Assembly (NCBI GenBank): GCA_017499595.2 | Contig: CM038999.1 | Location: 3,844,001 to 3,908,000, forward strand | Length of the DNA stretch: 64,000 nucleotides | Source: Psilocybe cubensis | Taxonomy: Eukaryota | Direction: 5' to 3' | The notes under the pieces: model-generated | Seen by the model: the letters and a program-made list of their open reading frames with translations, nothing else | Told to the model about the DNA's origin: nothing | The model's database searches: none | Position numbers and translations under genes: made by a program | In this document: in pieces, positions 55,981-64,000 of the stretch | Numbering within the stretch: the stretch's first letter is position 1 | Layout: every line of letters begins with the position of its first letter

Positions 55981-58230
55981 ATGTCCGGCCTCAAAAACTC
56001 GCCGTTCGGTAAACGCCTGCGCGCATCTCACCGCGAGGTGCCCTCCGCCTCGGCATCCTCTTCCGGTTCTGCATCCTTCTCTTCCACCGCATCTGGATCA
56101 TCAAGTACCGCAGCTGCATCTGGCTCTGGCTTTGCTTCCGGGTCCGGGGATGCAGAGAGTACAAGTACAAGCACGCCACGTAAGGGAAAGGAGAGAGTGA
56201 ACGCCATCTTTGGGGGTGCTTCTGGGAGTAGTAGTACGCTTGGAGGGGCCGAGTCATCGCCGTTTGCGTTTGGTAGTGGGATGGGGAGTATGGGAATGGG
56301 GAGCATGGGCATGGGCAGAATTGTGAAAGAATACGGCGACCGCTTTGTCCCGTCGAAAGACTCTGGCGATATGAGGACGTCGTATCATTTGATGGAGGAA
56401 GGTGGAGGATCTGGAGGTGGGCCGTCCACGCCGTCGAAGAGTAGGATTATCCCAAGTGAGAGTGATGCACTCAAAGGTGTGTGTCTTGCGTTTCTTGAAT
56501 TTGTGTCCTGTTTTTGCTGACGATATGGTTGGTACGTGGTGTGTTGCGGAGCAGAGCAAGCGAATGCCATTTTCAACTCGATATTGCACACGGAAGTTAC
56601 CCCTCCATCACCACAGCGCAGCGGGCGCGGGGGCAGCGGGAGCGGCTCACCCACGCGCCCACCCATCGCATCTGGATCCACACTCCCCTCTACACCGACC
56701 CGCGCGAAACGCCGGCTCTTCGCCTATAGCTCACCATCGACTACACCCACGCGGCGCCTTGACACGCCGACGGACGAAGCGTACTCACTGTCACCTGTGC
56801 GCGCGGAGAGCCAGCGGTTATTGCTCAGCCCGCGCAGGCAGCTTCGGAGTGTATGCAAGACGCCGTACCGCGTGCTCGACGCCCCCGAGCTCGCAGACGA
56901 CTTTTATCTCAATCTGGTGGACTGGTCGAGGACGAATGTGTTGGGTGTCGGACTCGGCGCGTGTGTGTATCTGTGGACGGCGCAGACGGCTAGCGTGGCG
57001 AAGCTGTGTGATCTCACACCGGCGAACGACACCGTCTCGTCCGTTGCATGGGTGCAACGCGGGAGTACGCTAGCAGTCGGCACTCTCGCAGGGCGTGTAC
57101 ACATCTACGACGCGGCAACGCTGCAGCTCCAACGCACCTACCCCGCAGCACACGCACAGCGGGTCGGTGCGCTAGCGTGGAACGCACATGTGTTGAGCTC
57201 GGGGAGTCGCGATCGGATGGTACATCATCGCGATGTGCGCGAGCCAGGGCAAAGGCCTCAGCGACGGGGAGCGGGACATCGGCAGGAAGTGTGTGGGTTG
57301 AAATGGAGTGGAGATGGGAGTGCGGGGGTTAATGCTCCTGGTGTGTATTTGGCCAGTGGGGGGAATGATAATAAGGTGTGTATATGGGATTTGAGGGGGA
57401 GTGGGAGGAGGGGCACGGGTGGGAGAGGTGCTGCTGCTGGGACTACTGCTATGGCGAGTGGGACTGGGACTGGGAGGGCGGGGGGTATTGGAGGTGGAGT
57501 TGGTGGAGGTATTTTGAGTACGGGTGCGAGTTCGAGTATTGCTGGGCCGTCCACTACGCCTGGAGCAACGACGACGGCGGGAGGTGGAGGAGGAGCGGGG
57601 GCTGGGGCAGGAGACGAGACGACGCCGGCGGACGTGCCACTGTGGAAATTCCATGAACATACGGCAGCTGTGAAAGCGCTCGCGTGGGATCCACATGTGT
57701 CGGGTGTGCTTGCAACCGGTGGGGGTACGCAGGATAAGCACATTAGGTTTTGGAATGTGGGTACGGGTACGATGTTGAAGGAGTTGGATACGGGCAGTCA
57801 GGTGCGTTACATATTAACTGGCAAGAAACATATAACACTCACCTCGTTTTCTCTACATATCCACCAGGTCTGCAACCTCATCTGGTCGCTCACCTCACAC
57901 GAGCTCGTCTCAACGCACGGCTTCTCATCCACCACTGCCCAAAACCAAATATGCATTTGGAAGTACCCGTCGCTTTCGATGGTCGCGTCACTCACGGGCC
58001 ATACGAACCGGGTGCTGTACCTTGCGATGAGCCCGGATGGGGAGACGATTGTGACGGGTGCTGGGGACGAGACGTTGAGGTTCTGGAATGCGTTTCCGAG
58101 GGTTGATGGTGGTGGGGGTGGTGCGAGTGGGAGTGGGGGACATGGACTTGGAAGTGGTGGTGATGGGTGGGGTAGGGGCCGTAGAGAGAGGGAGGAGAGT
58201 CGGTTGGATTATGGACGTTTGATTCGGTGA
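55981..58230 (+). CDS. CDH1: APC/C activator CDH1/Fzr/Srw1 (WD40); 3 exons
   Basis: C-box-like DRFVPS, KTPYRVLDAPELADDFYLNLVDWS, GHRQEVCGLKWS, LASGGNDNKV, HTAAVKALAW, GDETLRFWNAF and a C-terminal IR tail. Confidence 0.93.
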
Positions 58231-58288
58231 TATTCTGGCGTTGGGTTGGGTGGGGTTGGGTGGGGCAATGCCAGCGAGCACGCTCGTC

Positions 58289-59060
58289 CTCCAACATCGC
58301 GGTGTACAACAGACACACACACGCACGCACAAATCCCACTTGCAAACTCGCACGCACTCGCATACTCGTGTTCGTCTACATATCCAGAAACACATCGCAC
58401 ACGAGAATCTTACATACACTCGCAAGCACAAGCGCCCGTCTGTATTCCGACTTTCGAATCTTCGTGTCCACGACCACGGTCACGGATTCCCCCAGAGCCC
58501 ACGTCCTACGTCTTGAAATGCCCACTTTACAACCAAGAGCCTTACATTCCACATCGCAGACTCTAATTCCCGATGCCCAATACCGGAAACTATGACTCAT
58601 CCCGGAAACTAGCGCCCAGAACTAATCTGATTCAGGGGGATTCATTGTGTCGACCCTATCTCAGTTTTAGCGGAGACCTCATTCTCATTATCACGAAGCG
58701 CACGCATTCAGAGGTTGGGTCGGGGATTGGAGATGGGAGATGGGAAGAGATACGTGTGTTGCGAGCAGATCCGACTTCCAACATCACGGTGCTGTGTACA
58801 AATGCACACGTATACTCACGTCCATTGATACATTCAGAAACGCATCGCATACGTGCAGTTTACATGCACGCACACTCTGAAGCGCCCGTCTGTATCCGCT
58901 TTTTTGTTTCCGCCTCCGTGCCTATGAAGACATATACAAATCCCAGGAGTCCCCAGATCCCACATACTCAACCAATGACCCAAGTCCCAGGTCCTAGCCT
59001 CTCCCATATCCCAGAGGCCACATCTGACACTCTGTTCCCAGCTCCCAATGCCGGAAACTT
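58289..59060. repeat. Degenerate direct duplication (~300 bp units at about 58289-58591 and 58776-59060)
   Basis: Collinear shared blocks: TCCAACATCRCGGTG, CAGAAACRCATCGCAYACG, AAGCGCCCGTCTGTAT and CCGGAAACT. Confidence 0.7.
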
Positions 59061-59590
59061 GAGTGTTGCTTCGTTGTGGTACAAGAACCAGAGCCAGAGT
59101 CAATGTCAGAGGTCTCCGTGCGTGCTAAAACCGAGGTGGAGTTGGTGGAAGCGGAGGTGTTGCAGGGAGAGGTGTGTGGATGATGTGGACGATGCGCCTC
59201 TATGTCGATGAGGCATTATTCTTTTTCCTCGTTTTTCTTTCTAGGTTTGTTCATATGTTCTTGTTTTGTTTACTGGATCATCCGAGTCTTTCGTTCTTAC
59301 CCGCCTCCCTTTTTTTCAACTTGATTTGTCAATGTTACGATTTGTGAACTTTGTGTTTCCATCCTTTTTTCTTTTTTTCGTTCGATATTTAATTCGATTT
59401 GTGGTTTTGTTTCCGTTTGCGTTTGTGGTTTTGTCTCTAACTCTAACTCTGCCTCTTTCTTTCTTTCCCTTTGCCGTCACCTTTTGTTTTTGACCGTCCA
59501 TATTTTTCCAATCGGTGTATACGTAGTAAATAGGTGCATAAATTGTATAGGGTTCACTGTCCATGCTTCCTTTGGTTGTGGAACATTAAA

Positions 59591-60496
59591 TAGGGGAGGT
59601 CAGAGTGGACGATTCAGCGGCGATTCAGCGACGCGATTCAGGAATCAGAGGCGATTCTGGGTCATTAGAAGCGTGGGAAAACGCTGAATCGGCACAGAAA
59701 TGCAATTCTGCCTCTATGAATTCAAATTTCAGTCTTAAATAATTTTTTCCTCATAGAATCTGTAGTTCCTGAAGCAATTTGAAAGCCTCTTAAAGATGTT
59801 TCAACTATATGTATTGAAAACATTGAATTTATCAGAATCCTCCCTTCTCCCACTGCGGGCATTGGCTCCAATAATTACATGAGCAAATGCTGAAATGTAC
59901 TTCGATATTTTCAATAATTATTCAATATGTATCACGGCTCGTTAAAGGTTTAAAATATTCAACATTTACTTGCTTGAATACATGTTGAAAGACTAGTAAA
60001 GTTGCCTATTTATATTGTTTCATGTTTTCAGCTGTCAACTACACAATGTAATCCCCCGATGCCCATCCATCATTTCTTTCAAAAACATTCACAACTTATT
60101 TATCCATTCTCCTCAGATATACCTTGAATAAATGTTGAAAAATTAAAATACTAAGAATATCAATTATCATATATTCAAAATATACTCAGTAGTTATTGAA
60201 GCCAATGTCCGCAGTGTCTCTGTGCTTTCAGAACATGGAATTTAAGTGAATACAGGAAATATACTGGTCTCAGCAGCAAATATATCGTATTCAATACTTC
60301 AATTAAATGAGAAGGGTTATGCATCACTATGCATACCATGTAAGTTGAAAATTGCAGAAACAAACTTTGCTATTCTGCTGAATCGGAAACTTGAATCGAT
60401 TGCGCTTCGGAAGCAAATTCTGATCCCATTAATGCATGAGTCCTGACCTGAATCGTGTCAGAATCACCTCGGAATCGTCCACTCTGACCTCCCCTA
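59591..60496. mobile_element. Non-autonomous DNA transposon (MITE-like, ~906 bp) with perfect 25-bp terminal inverted repeats
   Basis: TAGGGGAGGTCAGAGTGGACGATTC (59591-59615) and its exact reverse complement (60472-60496). Subterminal GATTC/GAATC repeats and an AT-rich non-coding interior. Confidence 0.85.
59851..60216. mobile_element. Nested ~366-bp element with CACTG...CAGTG termini (CACTA-like MITE)
   Basis: CACTGCGGGCATTGGCTCCAATAATTAC at 59851 versus GTAGTTATTGAAGCCAATGTCCGCAGTG ending at 60216 (imperfect inverted repeat). Flanks TCC/TCT are a near 3-bp target-site duplication. Confidence 0.65.
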
Positions 60497-61199
60497 TTTG
60501 CTCAACTCGCTCATTCTTTCTTTCCTTTTTTATATTTGCTCCTTCCTTATTTGTAGTCGGACCATTGGATCCGGTAGCCCCTGTTCATCTGCTGAGTCTA
60601 GCAGTTTTTTTTCTTCAGCGTACAGCGCATCACTTTCTTTATATTTCTCATCAACCTCCGTAGCTATTCTTTCCTTACATATACTGGCTCGTCTCATTCT
60701 CGGTACCTCAGCCCTTGTTTCCTTTCAGCTGAGGTAAATTCAGTTTGTTGTTGTTCATAGGAATTAGCTGACATAGTTCGTAGACTCATCGTATTCAGTT
60801 TCCTTCAATTTTCATCTGGACCGTAGGAGTTGGCACAGTCCATGATGCAGGCCTTATGGATGCACACAAACATTCCTACGTCATTCCTGAGCTCGTGGCT
60901 CCAAACTTGAAAACTTTATCCATCAATGCACCGCTGGATAGGAAATTCTCCTCGACGTGGCCGGACTTTTGAACTTGATGAGACAAAGACTGAAAACAGA
61001 ATCTTTACGGCAATTATTAGTAAGTAACTAAGACCGTAGCGAGGTATTCCCGGGGATCCCCGCTCCTCTCCGTTAAACTACGCCATTGACAAGTACGGTA
61101 TTTAATTCAAACTTTTCTTTGTTTCTCTAAAGCATTGGTGTTGCTATACGGTCATTGACTCTATTTGGCAGAATTCACAAATCCACAGCAGAAGGATCC

Positions 61200-63119
61200 A
61201 TGCAAACGATAGACCAGCTTTTGACTAGCAATGATGAACCCTCCGAGGAGCAAGTCCACGAAGTGCGACGACTGTTGATGGACCCTAAACAAGAGGCTGA
61301 ATACCTTGATGCGGAGATCCAAAAAGCAAGAAGTCTCCTCCAGGAACTGGAAGAGAAACGAACAAAGGCCGGGGGAACCATTCGACGCTATGAAGCCATC
61401 TTGTCTCCAATCCGTCGTGTTCCTCCAGATGTTCTTCGCGTTGTGTTCCTTTACTGTCTCGTAACCCATCGGAACCCTGCAATATCAATAAAGGAGGCAC
61501 CTCTGCTTTTGACTCACGTATGCAGCTCGTGGAGGACCCTCGCTCTGAACACACCAGCTCTGTGGGCCCGGATACATATCTCGTTCACGAATCAGGACCT
61601 GTTGCCAGAGATTTTGGAAAAAGAGGGACAGTTCGAGGGTGGTGCTTGTGCAGTTCCTCAAATTCCAAGATATAGGATAACTGAGATACTGCGGATCCGC
61701 TGCGAGGCAGTGGAAGAATGGCTTCGCCGGTCAGCGGGGTGTTCCTTGGCGTTTTCCCTCCACTACACACAGAATAGTGTGTACTCACATATATATGTGA
61801 TTAATCACACCTCGTTCCACCCTGAAGAATCTAGTTTATCGAGAAGGTTGTTCAAGGCGCTTTCTGATGTATCAAGCCGCTGGCAGCACGTCCGATTGAC
61901 AATGTCTAATGACGCATATTGCGCATTTGTGGAGTCCTGGGGATCCTCGTATCTCGCTAATAATCTAGTCTCATTCAGGATACTTATTTCCCAAGAGTTT
62001 GGACAGCAGGGCGCTCTCTGGGAGATCTTCCCGGGGTTCAGCCTCGCAGCTCCAAATATGAAAATATTGTCTGCTCATACAAGCTGCGTCGGTCTGAGAA
62101 AACTTCTATCTCCGTGGCCAACTGCTCTTACTCACATATCAATCGACTCAGCAATATCTACGAAACAAGCGGCGTTTGTTCTTCAGAGATCTCCTCAGCT
62201 TGTACACGTCAAAATGTGTATAAATCCGCTAGAACATTACTCGGAAGGGATGTTGGAAACCATCCTGACCCAGGAAACATATCTTCCTGAACTTCGTACA
62301 TTCCTCATCAAGGACTTTTTATCCACCTCCCCATGCACTGAAGACTTTTACGACAAAATTATTGCTCCCAATCTTTCATATATTTCATTTTGGGCGCCAC
62401 GGCCGGCCCTTTATGTTGACACCCATGGTGGCGACCATAGTCGTCCGCTTACACCACTTCGGGGGCTCCTCCTGAAGTCCATTCACCTCAAAACACTGGT
62501 GCTCAGCGTGGACCGGTACACATGTGCAGAAATTTCCGAACTTCTGCGAAGCGCCACTACAGTCACGCACCTCGTTTATAGAGCTCCGAAGCTCATGTAT
62601 GATTCGGAATGGGGATGTCCGTCCAACTCGGCGCACGAAGCTTATTCATATCCTAAGTGGAAATTTACATCCGTATTTCTCTCTGACAGTGACAAGGAAT
62701 TGCTTCTGCTTCCAAACCTGGAGAAGATTGAGATTGACTCAGACGACAAAGTCCCTTATGTAACGGATCAAGAAATAATCCAGTTTGTAATCAACAGATT
62801 GGACCCCTCGCCTTCTAGTAATTTCTCAATACTCAAGGATGTAAAGATGAAATACTCCCAAAGAACAACCATGGATGTTATAAAACAGATTTCGGAGCAC
62901 GCGAGGGAGGTTGGTGTTCCCATGAACGATATAAAACTCGATTTAAAGGCCTATAGAACGAGGCGTGAAAACGCACCAGCGCCTACGAGCACAAACTTCG
63001 GACTGAAGGAACAATCCAAAGCATGGGATCAACGTTGCGTCGAAGAACAAGTCAGTAGTCAGTATTCTGAACATCTTCCTATGCTTCAGAGCTCCTGTCT
63101 CGCCCAAAGACTGATATAA
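61200..63119 (+). CDS. Agaricomycete F-box-like protein, single exon
   Basis: LLTSNDEPS coiled-coil lead-in, AILSPIRRVPPDVLRVVFLYCL, EAPLLLTHVCSSWRTLALNTPALWARIHI, EWLRRSAGCSL, LLLPNLEKIEI. Confidence 0.85.
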   Translation: MQTIDQLLTSNDEPSEEQVHEVRRLLMDPKQEAEYLDAEIQKARSLLQELEEKRTKAGGTIRRYEAILSPIRRVPPDVLRVVFLYCLVTHRNPAISIKEAPLLLTHVCSSWRTLALNTPALWARIHISFTNQDLLPEILEKEGQFEGGACAVPQIPRYRITEILRIRCEAVEEWLRRSAGCSLAFSLHYTQNSVYSHIYVINHTSFHPEESSLSRRLFKALSDVSSRWQHVRLTMSNDAYCAFVESWGSSYLANNLVSFRILISQEFGQQGALWEIFPGFSLAAPNMKILSAHTSCVGLRKLLSPWPTALTHISIDSAISTKQAAFVLQRSPQLVHVKMCINPLEHYSEGMLETILTQETYLPELRTFLIKDFLSTSPCTEDFYDKIIAPNLSYISFWAPRPALYVDTHGGDHSRPLTPLRGLLLKSIHLKTLVLSVDRYTCAEISELLRSATTVTHLVYRAPKLMYDSEWGCPSNSAHEAYSYPKWKFTSVFLSDSDKELLLLPNLEKIEIDSDDKVPYVTDQEIIQFVINRLDPSPSSNFSILKDVKMKYSQRTTMDVIKQISEHAREVGVPMNDIKLDLKAYRTRRENAPAPTSTNFGLKEQSKAWDQRCVEEQVSSQYSEHLPMLQSSCLAQRLI

Positions 63120-63239
63120 TATATACAGGAGACGAAAGACCGTTTGCAAAGCCATACAATGATTTATGATCGCTCAAGTACTGATATTATATATATAGGA
63201 GACAAGGGACCATTGATGAAGACATACGAAGATCTATGA
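63110..63239. repeat. Two-copy degenerate tandem repeat (~70 bp period) overlapping the F-box stop codon
   Basis: CTGATATAATATATACAGGAGACGAAAGACC...CATACAATGATTTATGA versus CTGATATTATATATATAGGAGACAAGGGACC...CATACGAAGATCTATGA. Confidence 0.65.
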
Positions 63240-64000
63240 GTGGCAAGTGCAATCGTTGGCAATAAAATAGCGTCTTCCTTTGATAATCATTCTAGTTTAT
63301 TGAAGATATCTCTTTAGCGTTACTCGTATTCTCCAATTGCCGTGTAGTGCTACAGAAACCGGTGTACATATCAAGGGTGATCTCATATCGCTAGGATGAT
63401 TCTTTCCATTTTCAGCAGTTGCAATGGATTGTCGAGAAACGGACGACCACGAATGTCATTGTCCATGCATCCCAATAAAACCGGGCAACAGAAATATGTC
63501 AAACTTAAAGATCAAACTTTTCACGTATGCGCACTGTCCATTAGATATTGGTAGAGAGTAGTGCGAGCGACAATTAGAACGATCTGACGTATTATGGCAA
63601 GCGAAGCGCTCACATGAAAAACATGTTCTATAACATCATTAAGTCGCAATGCAATGTCGGGCAGGGGTGTCCGCTATGAGAGTTTTTCTGACGGTCAACC
63701 GTCGCGTTGATACCCTTTACGCGAGCTCAATGAATAGAATGAAGCGAGGATGCTGGGGTGTATTGGACTTGAGTCCCGAAGTACTGCCAGGCTTACGTTG
63801 AGTCCTGTCGCACTTTAGCAGCTTTTGGGAGTAGTGGGAAAAGATGTCATGTGCGTATATACCAGCCTCTACCTCTCTGTATATCTCGGAAATTTGGTGT
63901 TGAGTCTCTCAAGTTTCTCGGAATATTACTATCATCAGTCATCAACTGACAATTGGTCAATTAAACAAAGCGGAGTTGAAAGACCCAAGCTGGTGATATG

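Noticed and set aside
56028..58431. Numerous overlapping antisense and alternative-frame ORFs across CDH1
   Set aside because: Shadow ORFs caused by GC-rich, low-complexity coding sequence.
58573..59211. 212-aa ORF downstream of CDH1
   Set aside because: It lies in the degenerate duplicated CA-rich region, has no domain signal, and the frame is not preserved in the other repeat copy.
59610..59660. Short GATTC(AGCG) repeats as a possible CRISPR-like array
   Set aside because: Eukaryotic context with no spacers; they are subterminal repeats of the MITE.
63400..64000. Possible gene fragment at the right edge
   Set aside because: No ORF of 60 aa or more and no recognisable motif; it cannot be supported within this window.

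Overview
Intron-rich fungal DNA, most likely an Agaricomycete/Agaricales mushroom (short GT-AG introns, micro-exons, typical gene families). I see about 20 protein-coding genes and one RNA gene. In order: a tandem array of at least 3 DUF2235 (Tle1-like alpha/beta-hydrolase)-TPR genes, the first partial; an HSPA12-type Hsp70 head-to-head with a coiled-coil gene that has a GrpE-like C-terminal motif and an in-frame TGA; a ModF-like ABC ATPase; a U6 snRNA with a non-canonical 3' hairpin; an S8 subtilase; a three-gene helical-protein cluster; CMC4; a Ser/Thr-rich single-pass protein; an MFS transporter; an F-box-like gene; a small secreted protein; a caspase-like C14 protease; a hydantoinase-DUF917 fusion; a MIT-like ORF; CDH1/Fzr; a nested non-autonomous transposon; and a second F-box-like gene. 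The strongest candidates for undescribed systems are: (i) the 27.7-32.4 kb cluster of one long protein with hydrophobic segments and two divergently transcribed paralogs that lack those exons; (ii) the Hsp70-12/GrpE-like divergent pair; (iii) the lipase-TPR array. Gene models were spliced by eye, so boundaries are approximate. Family calls come from motif recognition, not database searches.
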